Shown piece by piece: positions 35,469 through 44,550 of a stretch of DNA of 64,000 nucleotides. The notes below the pieces were generated by a model. It did no database searches and was not told the DNA's origin. It worked only from the letters and a program-made list of their open reading frames with translations. The DNA lies in contig JAQTYZ010000002.1 of the NCBI GenBank assembly GCA_028688055.1, positions 4,256 to 68,255 of the forward strand, in the 5' to 3' direction. The position numbers and the translations under genes are program-made. How positions within the stretch are numbered: position 1 is the first letter of the stretch; every line of letters begins with the position of its first letter. The DNA comes from Patescibacteria group bacterium. Lineage in GTDB: Bacteria > Patescibacteriota > Patescibacteriia > Buchananbacterales > UBA6539.

Positions 35469-35589
35469 AATCAATTTGCTAGTTGCCATTTGGGCCGAAA
35501 ATCAGAAATCATTTTAAGGCATAATCTTGTTAGATCAGCCGTTTTTCGGTCGAAATGGCAACTAGCTGTACTAGTGGCCAGCTTTGATT
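35469..35589 (+). ncRNA. Candidate structured 5' leader (long stem-loop)
   Basis: GCTAGTTGCCATTT 35478-35491 pairs perfectly with 35553-35566; 35493-35501 with 35543-35551; 35469-35474 with 35584-35589. Confidence 0.45.
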
Positions 35590-35649
35590 TGTGGCTTCAT
35601 AGTGAAGACACAACCTTCCCGAATAATAGTAGGGGAAAAGGAGCATCTC

Positions 35650-36942
35650 GTGAGCGCCAAAAAAATCCACACAGTAGTCACCCGTTACGCGAACTCAAGT
35701 TTGGAGGGCCCCGCCCTGGCAGCCCTGTTGGCCCAAGGTCGAAACATCCCCAACGCGCTTGGTTTCTCCAAGAGCGTGGAGTTTCAGTTTAAGAGCACGG
35801 CGAGACTGAGAATCGCTTGGCCGCCACCAACCGCCGCGGAGTTCAAACGCATTCGCGACAGGCAACGCGCCAGCGGCACGATCTTGTTTAACGTCGGCGA
35901 CGAATACGGCTGCGGTCATTACGACCACCACGGCGACCCGACTACCGCTTCACTGACCTCGCTAGACCGCCTCTGGGTCAACAATGGAGTCGTCGAAGAA
36001 GGCTATTCACACCTAGTTGATCCGTTGTTGGCGATTTCCGGCAACGATGCCTTCGCCAACGCCTTGTCACCCGACAAGGACAACTTGCGTCGACTGATGC
36101 AGGCAATGGCCGTAAGCCACCCGCAAGACTGGAACTTCCAGCATGGGTGGTTGGACATGGCCATCCGAGGCGTCTTTGCCCAACACAAGGCGACTGGCGA
36201 GCTCAATAACGCCTTCTCAATGGCTGGCATCCTACAGGGACTCGCGGTTGATCACCCTACGGTTGTCAACGACCTCGAGTCGATCTGGCAGACTGGCGTT
36301 GAAGCGCTGTTAAAAGATCGGAAGACTGCCAGGGAGGATGTCAAGCAGGCGATGAAACGCGGGCAATTCGCCTGGATTTCTCATCCCGCGCTGTCACCGA
36401 AGCTGATCTGTCGTAACGGCCAAACCTGGTCCTACGGCGGTAAGCTGAAGGTAGTCTGGGTTCGCTCCGATGCCGTCAACGCAGCCAAGGTCTGCCGCGA
36501 CAAGTGGAACGGGGGTGACGCGGACATTGCCATCATCCTCCGCAGCACCGGACACTACCAGGTATTCCAACGCATTACGTTGGAGCATGCCCTGCCGGAA
36601 ATCGGAGCCAAGGAACCCGGGAAAATATTGGCCAAATACAAGCTAACGCTCGGGCCGCTCGCTCGGGCCTTACGGCTCGCCGAAGCCAACCTGGTCACCC
36701 CACGGCGTATCTTGATTCAAGACATGGACTGGACCAACGACGCGGCCGTTTACGACACCGACGGGAACATCGTTCCATGGTATCTCGGCTGCAATCAAAC
36801 GTTGCTGGTTGGCAACACACTGTCGTCGCCGGACATGCCGCCAAGTGTGATCCGCCACGATAAGGTCGTCGACCTGATCTGTGATAATCTCCCCAATTGT
36901 GGGGTAATCACTCAGGACAATGAGACCGACGACTGGTCGTAA
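35650..36942 (+). CDS. Hypothetical protein, divergent DHH/MYG1-like phosphoesterase fold
   Basis: FNVG....GHYDHH motif; AAGGAG SD before GTG 35650; GC-richer than neighbours. Confidence 0.5.
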   Translation: MSAKKIHTVVTRYANSSLEGPALAALLAQGRNIPNALGFSKSVEFQFKSTARLRIAWPPPTAAEFKRIRDRQRASGTILFNVGDEYGCGHYDHHGDPTTASLTSLDRLWVNNGVVEEGYSHLVDPLLAISGNDAFANALSPDKDNLRRLMQAMAVSHPQDWNFQHGWLDMAIRGVFAQHKATGELNNAFSMAGILQGLAVDHPTVVNDLESIWQTGVEALLKDRKTAREDVKQAMKRGQFAWISHPALSPKLICRNGQTWSYGGKLKVVWVRSDAVNAAKVCRDKWNGGDADIAIILRSTGHYQVFQRITLEHALPEIGAKEPGKILAKYKLTLGPLARALRLAEANLVTPRRILIQDMDWTNDAAVYDTDGNIVPWYLGCNQTLLVGNTLSSPDMPPSVIRHDKVVDLICDNLPNCGVITQDNETDDWS

Positions 36943-36965
36943 AGCCAGAACTAGTACACCTCATC

Positions 36966-37011
36966 GGGCGCCCGAATCCAAAAAAAAGGATTTTCGGGCG
37001 CTCTTCATTTT
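36966..37011 (+). terminator. Intrinsic terminator
   Basis: GGGCGCCCGAA/TTCGGGCGCTC stem followed by a T-rich tail. Confidence 0.65.
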
Positions 37012-37041
37012 ATCCAAATTTTTTGCTAAGCTAAGTCCACT

Positions 37042-38031
37042 ATGATTTTCTTCCTCGCTGGCCCTGACACCTTTCGCTCGCGTCGCAAGCTAGCGGAAAT
37101 TCGTCAAAAATTTATTACTGAGATTGACCAGTCGGCCATTAATATTGAAGCTCTTAACGGCGAGCTACTGGAAGTTAACACTTTTTCCAACGCGGTTTTT
37201 ACGCCGCCGTTTTTGGCCAAGAAACGGCTGATTATTGTTGAAAATTTATTAGGCAAAAATAAAACGGCCAAAACCGAAACGGAAATTTTTGAAATTATCA
37301 ATGGCCATAAGCTAGACGATGTCATCATTGTTTTTTGGGAAGGGGAGCTGGCCGGTAAAAAAATTACCAAAAAAAAATCTACCCGCAAACATAGCGGACA
37401 ACTACTGGCCAGACTTAAACAAGAAAAATACGCCATTGACTTCCCGCTGCTTAATTCAGCGGCGGTCGTTAAATTCGCGAGTGCTGAATTTGCTCGAAAA
37501 AAAGTGGCCATTGAGGCGGCGGCCATCAAACTCTTAACCGATCTAACCGGCAATGACTTGTGGCAATTAAATTCAGAGATTGAAAAACTAACCGCCTTTG
37601 CTCAAGGCAAATCAATTACCGCCGCTATGGTCAGTGAACTGGTTTTAACCAAACTTGATGACGATATTTTTAAATTAACCGATGCCATTGCCCAACAACA
37701 GAAACCACTGGCCATCAAATTGATTTCGGATCAGCTACAAGCCGGCACCATGCCGACTGAACTGCTGGCCAAAATTACCTGGCAATTTCGTAATTTACTA
37801 TTGGTCCGAGGCTTTATTGAAGCCAACGGCGGCGGTTATCCGGCCAGCCGCGTCGCTTATCAATTAGGCCTACATCCCTTTGTCTTAAGTAAAACATCAC
37901 AGCAGGTCAAAAACTTTTCCTTGGCCGACTTAAAAAATAAGTACCAAAACCTACTGGCCATTGACCACAAAATCAAAACAAGCCAAGCTGACCCTGAGGT
38001 TTTACTTGACTTGCTAGTGATAAAAAACTAA
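37042..38031 (+). CDS. holA: DNA polymerase III delta subunit
   Basis: G.DTFRS, PFLAKKRLII, GNDLWQLNSEIEKL, DIFKLTDA, LGLHPFV. Confidence 0.93.
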   Translation: MIFFLAGPDTFRSRRKLAEIRQKFITEIDQSAINIEALNGELLEVNTFSNAVFTPPFLAKKRLIIVENLLGKNKTAKTETEIFEIINGHKLDDVIIVFWEGELAGKKITKKKSTRKHSGQLLARLKQEKYAIDFPLLNSAAVVKFASAEFARKKVAIEAAAIKLLTDLTGNDLWQLNSEIEKLTAFAQGKSITAAMVSELVLTKLDDDIFKLTDAIAQQQKPLAIKLISDQLQAGTMPTELLAKITWQFRNLLLVRGFIEANGGGYPASRVAYQLGLHPFVLSKTSQQVKNFSLADLKNKYQNLLAIDHKIKTSQADPEVLLDLLVIKN

Positions 38032-38032
38032 C

Positions 38033-38302
38033 TTATTTTTTGGCAATTGACTTGACTAGCTTATGCAACCGTGACTTCTTGCGCGCGGCGGTATTTTTTT
38101 TAATAATTCCTTTTTGCGCCGATCGATCAAGTTTCTTAATCGCTTCACCCAACCACTCAGCGGCCTTGGCGGCGTCTTTGGCAGCTACGGTCTTATTCAC
38201 TTTACGGACTAAAGCGGCAACATCACTTTTAATCTTCGCGTTGGCGTGCGCTTTCTTTTGGCTCTGGCGCAGAGCCTTCATTGCTGATTTTTTTATAGGC
38301 AT
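38033..38302 (-). CDS. rpsT: 30S ribosomal protein S20
   Basis: MPIKKSAMKALRQ...LDRSAQKGIIKKNTAARKKSRL. Confidence 0.97.
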   Translation of the reverse strand: MPIKKSAMKALRQSQKKAHANAKIKSDVAALVRKVNKTVAAKDAAKAAEWLGEAIKKLDRSAQKGIIKKNTAARKKSRLHKLVKSIAKK

Positions 38303-38432
38303 AGTTTTTATTCATTGTTAACAAAAAAAAGATAACATAATTATTATAAAAAGGCAAGCTGAGACCGAATTGACAGCGAGACCTAAAAAGCTTAATCTTA
38401 GAGGGTAAAATACTTAATTTTGATCAAACAAT

Positions 38433-38858
38433 ATGTTTAAAAAAGAAGATGGGAATGAAGTTGAAACAGTCATCGGGCCCTCCGTCCAAGTTGAAGGAAA
38501 TTTTGTGGCCAACGGCGATGTTATTATTGAAGGTATCGTCTCGGGTAGTATCAAAACGGAAAAAAATCTTCACATTGGCGCCGAGGCTAAAATCTTTGCC
38601 GATGTTTACGCCGCCAACGCTGTTATTGCCGGCGAGGTACAGGGCAACATCAAAGTTAAAGACGGCCTGGAGCTGACCAATACCGCCAAAATATTCGGCG
38701 ACATTAAAGCTCAGGTCTTAACCATCAATGCTGGTGCCGTTTTACACGGTAAGTGCGACAGTGGTGACGAGCGAAAGTCAAAATTGGAAAAAATTGAAGA
38801 GCGTGAAAAAAATAAAGCCAAAGAAACGGCTCAGCCAATGGCCGAAAAAATTAAATAG
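38433..38858 (+). CDS. Bactofilin (polymer-forming cytoskeletal protein)
   Basis: ETVIGPSVQVEG...G.V.G.I beta-helix repeats. Confidence 0.92.
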   Translation: MFKKEDGNEVETVIGPSVQVEGNFVANGDVIIEGIVSGSIKTEKNLHIGAEAKIFADVYAANAVIAGEVQGNIKVKDGLELTNTAKIFGDIKAQVLTINAGAVLHGKCDSGDERKSKLEKIEEREKNKAKETAQPMAEKIK

Positions 38859-38878
38859 CGTGAGCTAAAACTTTGGTT

Positions 38879-39652
38879 ATGTATCTCTATTTGTACGACT
38901 CATTTTTAAATGACAAAAAATATTCCAGCCTGCTGGCAAAAATTGAAACGAGGCTGACCGATTTAGGTATCGGTGGAAAAATATTTCGTCTCTCACCGTT
39001 GCGTAATGTCTCGGAACTAATCAACGATGAAGCACGCGCCGGCGCCCAAACTATTGTGGTGGTTGGTAACGACAAAACCTTTACCCAAATCATCAACCTA
39101 GCGGCTAAAATTGATATTACCATTGGCATTATCCCCGTTGGCCCCGATAATAAAATTGCCACCGCGCTGGGCATTAATTCTCCGGAAAATGGTTGCGCGG
39201 TTTTAGCCTCCCGCACGATCGAAAAAATCGATTTAGGTAAAGCCAATGGAACGTATTTTTTATCCAGCCTGACGCTCTCGCCGGGTAATGTCACCATCGA
39301 ATGTGAAGATCAATTTAAAATTACCCCACCACCCCAGCAACAAATCAGCATTTGCAACTTAAAACCGGCCACCGCCAACGGCTTTGGAACCACCAGCTAC
39401 TTCAACCCTAAAGACGGCTTATTGGAAATTTTAATCCAGCCGCTGACGCCTTTGGTTAGAGGCCTGGGCCAGCTATTTCGCCGCTCCAACAGCCAAAACC
39501 ACAGCATTATTCCCTTTAAGAAAATTGCCATTAGAAGTCGGGGGTCAATCAGTATTTTAACCGACGGCCAAAGAATTTTAAAGACGCCTGTTGAAATCGA
39601 AATCGCGCCAAAAAAATTAAAAATCATTGTCGGCAAAGATCGAATTTTCTAA
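38879..39652 (+). CDS. Diacylglycerol/NAD-kinase-fold protein
   Basis: IVVVGNDKT, IGIIPVG..N.IA..LGI, IDLG, DG.LE, DGQ. Confidence 0.75.
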   Translation: MYLYLYDSFLNDKKYSSLLAKIETRLTDLGIGGKIFRLSPLRNVSELINDEARAGAQTIVVVGNDKTFTQIINLAAKIDITIGIIPVGPDNKIATALGINSPENGCAVLASRTIEKIDLGKANGTYFLSSLTLSPGNVTIECEDQFKITPPPQQQISICNLKPATANGFGTTSYFNPKDGLLEILIQPLTPLVRGLGQLFRRSNSQNHSIIPFKKIAIRSRGSISILTDGQRILKTPVEIEIAPKKLKIIVGKDRIF

Positions 39653-39695
39653 ACAAAAAACTGCCTCCAAAAAGCTGAGGGCGGTTTTTTTGTTT
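39651..39695. terminator. Bidirectional terminator between convergent genes
   Basis: AAACAAAAAACTGCC-TC...GAGGGCGGTTTTTTTGTTT. Confidence 0.75.
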
Positions 39696-39702
39696 GCTAA
39701 AA

Positions 39703-39993
39703 TTATTTGGCCGTCGGCACCATCATCGGCAGGTCACCAAGATTAGTTTGTTTTTCCTTAATCGTGTTATCATCCACAATCATTTTTTCCTTAGAAATAG
39801 CAATCACCTGGGACCGATCAATAATTAACTGCTGATGCCACAAACCCTGAATTAACCCAGTCTTAACATAATAGCGCATAACCACGACCACCTCGCCTTC
39901 AAATTCCAAATCAAACGAGCTGACCTTCCCTAAATTGCGACCGCCCTTGGTTTGAACCGGCAAATTTACTAGATCAATTGATGATATCGCCAT
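39703..39993 (-). CDS. PRC-barrel domain protein
   Basis: LVNLPVQTKGGRNLGKV..FDL...I....V..I..E.MIV; start likely 39993. Confidence 0.85.
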   Translation of the reverse strand: MAISSIDLVNLPVQTKGGRNLGKVSSFDLEFEGEVVVVMRYYVKTGLIQGLWHQQLIIDRSQVIAISKEKMIVDDNTIKEKQTNLGDLPMMVPTAK

Positions 39994-39994
39994 A

Positions 39995-40741
39995 TTATTT
40001 ATTGGTATTGATGACCTCAACCTCGGGTTTTTTTAGTCTTTTTTTAAAAATCAATTCCTGCTGGGCCACGGTCAACAATGTTGTTAATAACCAATACAAA
40101 ATTAAGCCAGAAGGCCAGCTAATACCCAAGACAAAGGTCATAATTGGCATGAAGTACAACATTTGCTGATTCATAATTGTCATCATGTCTTCATCCTTAG
40201 CACCCGGTACCTTGGGCGGCCGCTTGACTGACATCATTTTGGTCTGCCAAAACTGAGCTAAACCGGTTAACGCCGCCAAAATTACATTTGGTTTAGAGAG
40301 ATCAAAAAATCCTAACGAAATCGGGTTTAATTGCCCCGGATTCTGGACAAAAGGGTAGAGTAAATTAAGACTATCTGAATGCAAACCACTGCTAAAAACC
40401 TGGTAAACGGCTAGTAAAAATGGCAGTTGAATTAATAATGGCAAACACGAAGACAGGGGATTAACCTTTTCGCTTTTATAAAGCTCCATGGTTTCTTTAG
40501 CGAGCTTTTCTTTGTCGTTTTTATGTAGTTTTTTTAAAGCCTCCATTTTTGGCTGCAGTTCCTGCAAGGCTTTTTGCGACTTGATTGATTGACTGGCCAA
40601 CGGATACAAAATTAAACGGATAATAACGGTTAAAATCACAATTGCCACCCCTAAATCATGCCCCGGCACGACATTATATAGTACCACCAAAGCGTTTAAC
40701 AGCGGCTGAAACAAAATGACGTTAAAAAGTTGTCCAATCAT
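39995..40741 (-). CDS. yidC: Membrane protein insertase YidC
   Basis: LTVIIRLILYPL, LQP, NPLSSCLPLLIQLP, GLILYW. Confidence 0.95.
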   Translation of the reverse strand: MIGQLFNVILFQPLLNALVVLYNVVPGHDLGVAIVILTVIIRLILYPLASQSIKSQKALQELQPKMEALKKLHKNDKEKLAKETMELYKSEKVNPLSSCLPLLIQLPFLLAVYQVFSSGLHSDSLNLLYPFVQNPGQLNPISLGFFDLSKPNVILAALTGLAQFWQTKMMSVKRPPKVPGAKDEDMMTIMNQQMLYFMPIMTFVLGISWPSGLILYWLLTTLLTVAQQELIFKKRLKKPEVEVINTNK

Positions 40742-40754
40742 TTGATAATTTTAG

Positions 40755-41009
40755 TTATTTAACGGGGTCGTTGCCGCCGTGATTCCACGGATTACAACGC
40801 ATTACTCGCCAGATGGCCATTAAACCACCCTTAACCACGCCGTACTTTTCAATGGCTTGGTAGCCATACTCCGAACAAGTCGGGTTAAAGCGGCAGTAGC
40901 CGTTGGGGAAGAGGTGTCGAAAAATACCGTGGTCAAATGACAGCGTTTTCTGATAAAGCCGAAGGAGCTGCAAAACCAACATTTTAATTTGTAATTTTAA
41001 AAAACTCAT
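40755..41009 (-). CDS. yidD: Membrane protein insertion efficiency factor
   Basis: CRFNPTCSEY..AIEKYG..KG...RCNPW..GG.DPV. Confidence 0.95.
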   Translation of the reverse strand: MSFLKLQIKMLVLQLLRLYQKTLSFDHGIFRHLFPNGYCRFNPTCSEYGYQAIEKYGVVKGGLMAIWRVMRCNPWNHGGNDPVK

Positions 41010-41347
41010 TTTAGCAGTCTCGCTTTGGCCAAAAGTCCACCGACTTGATTTTCAAGCTCCCCAAACTCGGCGTCAATGGCGCGGCCACTGGCATAGAAAA
41101 CCAGATCAGCACCAGGCTTAATTTCCGCAAAATTTAAACGAATAATTTCCGCCAGTCTTCTTTTGACTCGATTTCTAACCGTGGCTTTCTTACTAACTCG
41201 GGTCGATACAACCACGGCGCAACGAGCGACGGGGAGGTTATTGGCCACGAATTTTAATTTTAAAAACGGGGAATAGCATGATCGCCCCGCAGAGTTGATC
41301 TTTTTAAAATCCCTGGCTCGGCTTAAGCGCTGGGTGGCCTTAAGCAT
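41006..41347 (-). CDS. rnpA: Ribonuclease P protein component
   Basis: RL...DF, VS.RVSKKATVRNRVKRRL. Confidence 0.95.
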   Translation of the reverse strand: MLKATQRLSRARDFKKINSAGRSCYSPFLKLKFVANNLPVARCAVVVSTRVSKKATVRNRVKRRLAEIIRLNFAEIKPGADLVFYASGRAIDAEFGELENQVGGLLAKARLLK

Positions 41348-41349
41348 AA

Positions 41350-41487
41350 TTAAAGAGATAATTTAGCTCTTTTTTTTGCGCGACGGCGCTTCAAAACTTT
41401 TTTTCCGCCCACTGTGGCGGCACGCTTACGAAAACCGTGTTTTTTTTGCGCTCGTCTTTTGTTAGGTTGATATGTTCTTTTAGGCAT
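41350..41487 (-). CDS. rpmH: 50S ribosomal protein L34 (absent from the ORF track, 45 aa)
   Basis: Manual translation [45 protein letters not shown]. Confidence 0.96.
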   Translation of the reverse strand: MPKRTYQPNKRRAQKKHGFRKRAATVGGKKVLKRRRAKKRAKLSL

Positions 41488-41572
41488 AGATGTTTTTATT
41501 ACTCCTACATAATATCAGCATTTTTCGGCCGAGTCAAAGGTCTTGACCGATCTTAATTAGAGGTTTAAATTG

Positions 41573-41581
41573 TTATACACA
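41573..41581 (+). promoter_or_regulatory. DnaA box upstream of dnaA
   Basis: TTATACACA matches TTATNCACA. Confidence 0.75.
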
Positions 41582-41704
41582 GCTAGTTAACACCTTGATA
41601 ACACTTTGACTACTTTTAGCATAACCTGTTAATACTGTTGACGTGTTATAATAACCCCGCATTTAATTATTTGCTCGATGAGGGCATAAATCCGCATTAA
41701 CGAT

Positions 41705-43066
41705 ATGGAGGAACAAAAAATTTGGCAAGCGGCACTTGGTGAACTCGAGCTAACTTTAAGTCGAGCTAACTTTACGACCTGGTTTAAAAACACCTTCATT
41801 ACCGAACGAACGGAAGAAATGGTAATTATTGCTGTACCCAACACTTTTACCAAAGCCTGGCTCGAAAAAAAATACCATTCGGCCATTTTGAGGGCCTTAC
41901 AAAAAATTACCAGCAACAAAATAAAATCAATCGTTTACCGAGTTGAAACAGTTTTAAAAATCCAGGAAGAGGTCGTGCTCGAAACTGCCGAAGCCCAGCC
42001 CCAGCTGTCACGGCCCGAGCCTGTCCCGTCAGTCGCGGCTAATGAATTTGGAATCAACCCGCGCTATCGCTTTGACAACTATGTTATTGGCAAGGGTAAT
42101 GAACTCGCTCAAGCGGCTAGTATCGCCGTCACCCAAAAACCAGGTAACGTTTATAACCCGTTATTCATTTATGGCGGCGTTGGCCTTGGTAAAACCCACT
42201 TAATGCAAGCCGTTGGCAACGAAATTTTAAAATTATGGCCGGGCAAAAAAGTTTTATATGTCTCCTGCGAAAAATTTACCAATGACTTTATTAAATCAAT
42301 CTCTTCCAACCGAGCGGACCGTTTTAAAGACACTTATCGCTCCGTTGATGTTTTACTCATTGATGACATTCAATTTTTAGCTGGCAAAGAGGGTACTCAA
42401 GAAGCCTTTTTCCACACCTTTAATGATCTCCACCAAGCCAATAAACAGGTAGTCATCACTTCGGACCGGCCGCCCAAGGCGATCCCGGCCCTGGAAAGCC
42501 GCCTAGAGTCTCGCTTTGAATGGGGGATGATTGCTGACATTTCCAGTCCTGACTTGGAAACCCGGGCCGCCATTTTAAAAACTAAATGCGCCGAAAAAGG
42601 CTATCGACTAAGTGACGAGGTTATCACTTATATTGCCACGAATATTCAAAATAATGTTCGCGAGCTAGAGGGCGCCCTCAATAAAGTAATGGCCTACAAC
42701 CAACTAAATGGCACGGAGCCAAACCTTGAAAACGTAAAAAAAATCATTGGTTCGCTAGCCGCTGGGATTCGTAAAAAATCAATTACCCCAAAACAAATCA
42801 TTAATATTGTGGCCGAATTTTATGATATTGCACTTGATGACCTACTGGGCAGTTGCCGCAAAAAAAACCTTGCGCTACCTAGGCAAATTGTGATGTACCT
42901 AATGCGCGAGGAGCTTAAAAGTTCTTACCCTTCAATTGGTTTAGAGATTGGTAAGCGCGACCACACTACCGCCATGCACGCTCACGTAAAAATTTCCAAC
43001 TGCATTGATGACGATGAAAAAATTAACCAGGATATTAAATTAATTAAAGAAAAACTTTACAACTAA
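41705..43066 (+). CDS. dnaA: Chromosomal replication initiator DnaA
   Basis: YNPLFIYGGVGLGKTHL, LLIDDIQF, NVRELEGAL, RDHTT. Confidence 0.99.
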   Translation: MEEQKIWQAALGELELTLSRANFTTWFKNTFITERTEEMVIIAVPNTFTKAWLEKKYHSAILRALQKITSNKIKSIVYRVETVLKIQEEVVLETAEAQPQLSRPEPVPSVAANEFGINPRYRFDNYVIGKGNELAQAASIAVTQKPGNVYNPLFIYGGVGLGKTHLMQAVGNEILKLWPGKKVLYVSCEKFTNDFIKSISSNRADRFKDTYRSVDVLLIDDIQFLAGKEGTQEAFFHTFNDLHQANKQVVITSDRPPKAIPALESRLESRFEWGMIADISSPDLETRAAILKTKCAEKGYRLSDEVITYIATNIQNNVRELEGALNKVMAYNQLNGTEPNLENVKKIIGSLAAGIRKKSITPKQIINIVAEFYDIALDDLLGSCRKKNLALPRQIVMYLMREELKSSYPSIGLEIGKRDHTTAMHAHVKISNCIDDDEKINQDIKLIKEKLYN

Positions 43067-43324
43067 CTGGGGACACTTTGTTAATAATAAGTTGTTTTTT
43101 TAGGACAACTCATGGGACAACTCATGGGAAAAGCTCCGACCAAAAAGTTAATAAAAAAATGACCAAAAAAAACAGTCCTTTTTGTACCACCCCCATTCAC
43201 ACCTTTCAACAATTTAATTAACAGCTGTTTATAAAAAAATTAGCTAACTAAAGCAAATAAAAAACGTTATCCCCTCTATCCACACCCTTATTAATACTAT
43301 TAATATATAAATATATATAAATTT
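43067..43324 (+). other. Replication origin oriC with unwinding element
   Basis: TTATCCCCT-CTATCCACA 43267-43284, CCC, six TAN trios 43289-43306, AT-only tract; strand composition changes here. Confidence 0.85.
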
Positions 43325-44473
43325 ATGAAAATCTCCTGCACCCAAGAAAATCTCAACCAAGGACTTTTCGTTGTTAGCCATCTTGCATCTAAAAATAGTG
43401 CCTTACCAATTCTTAATAATATTTTAATTAAAGCTCAAGAAAATAGTATTAAGTTGTCGGCCACTAATTTAGAAATTGGAGTTACTTGTGAAATTAGGGG
43501 TAAAGTTGAAATGGAGGGAGATTTTACGGTGCAATCTAAGCTACTAGCTGATTATGTAAATTTATTACCAAAAGAAAGAATTGATTTACTGGTCACCGAT
43601 CAGGATGGTCAAAATCCATTACTTAACATTGAGTGTAAAAATTATTCAACAAAAATAAACGGTCAGGGGGCTACGGAGTTTCCGCTAATTCCGCAAATTA
43701 GTCGCGTTCATTCATATTCCGTTGATAGTCAAGCGTTAAGGCAGGCAATTAGTCAGGTTATCTTTGCCGTTTCCATTAGTGAAACTAGACCGGAAATCAA
43801 CGGCGTTATGTTTAGTCTATCCCCAAGTGAATTAATTTTGGCGGCAACCGACGGTTACCGGTTAGCGGAAAAAACTATTAAACTAGACGGTAAATCAAAA
43901 GGAGGAGACCAACAGGTGATTGTACCAACTAGAACCCTTCAGGAATTACAACGCATTTTGGGAAGTTTTAAAGATCCCGCCGCGATTTCTGATTTGAAAA
44001 ATATTGATATCTATCTCGCCGAGAATCAAGTCTTATTTAGTTTTGGTGGGATCGAATTAATTTCGCGACTAGTGGAGGGGCAGTATCCCGATTATCGCCA
44101 AATAATCCCGCAACAATCAACAACTAAAATAGTTTTGAGTACCGCTGATCTTATTAGTGCCGCTAAGACGGCCAGCCTTTTTGCCAGAAGTGGTATTTAT
44201 GATATAAATTTGAGTTTTTCATCAACCAAAAAAGAAGCAACTGTTGGGGCAATTAATAACCAATTAGGAGAAAATGAGTCAACATTAAGTGCGGATATTT
44301 CCGGGAGTGATAATGATATTGTGGTTAATTATCGCTACTTATTGGATGCTTTACAAAATATTAATTCTGACCAAGTTGAAATAAAATTAATCGACAGCGG
44401 CAGTCCTTGTGCGCTTCGTCCCGCTGGAGCGAGTAGTGACTATATTTATATTATTATGCCAATCCGTCGCTAA
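43325..44473 (+). CDS. dnaN: DNA polymerase III beta sliding clamp
   Basis: LPILNNIL, ATNLE, RPEINGV, AATDGYRLA, SRLVEGQYPDY, IIMPIR. Confidence 0.98.
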   Translation: MKISCTQENLNQGLFVVSHLASKNSALPILNNILIKAQENSIKLSATNLEIGVTCEIRGKVEMEGDFTVQSKLLADYVNLLPKERIDLLVTDQDGQNPLLNIECKNYSTKINGQGATEFPLIPQISRVHSYSVDSQALRQAISQVIFAVSISETRPEINGVMFSLSPSELILAATDGYRLAEKTIKLDGKSKGGDQQVIVPTRTLQELQRILGSFKDPAAISDLKNIDIYLAENQVLFSFGGIELISRLVEGQYPDYRQIIPQQSTTKIVLSTADLISAAKTASLFARSGIYDINLSFSSTKKEATVGAINNQLGENESTLSADISGSDNDIVVNYRYLLDALQNINSDQVEIKLIDSGSPCALRPAGASSDYIYIIMPIRR

Positions 44474-44492
44474 ACGATTAACGATAAATTAT

Positions 44493-44529
44493 AAAAAAAA
44501 TACCACCAAGGGTTTGGCGGTATTTTTTT
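44493..44529. terminator. Bidirectional terminator
   Basis: A8-TACCACCAA/TTGGCGGTA-T7. Confidence 0.75.
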
Positions 44530-44550
44530 GTTTTAAGTTGATAATGTAAA

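Noticed and set aside
35490-35792. 100-aa ORF over the structured leader, and the 35584 start
   Set aside because: TTG starts without an SD; GTG 35650 has AAGGAG at proper spacing.
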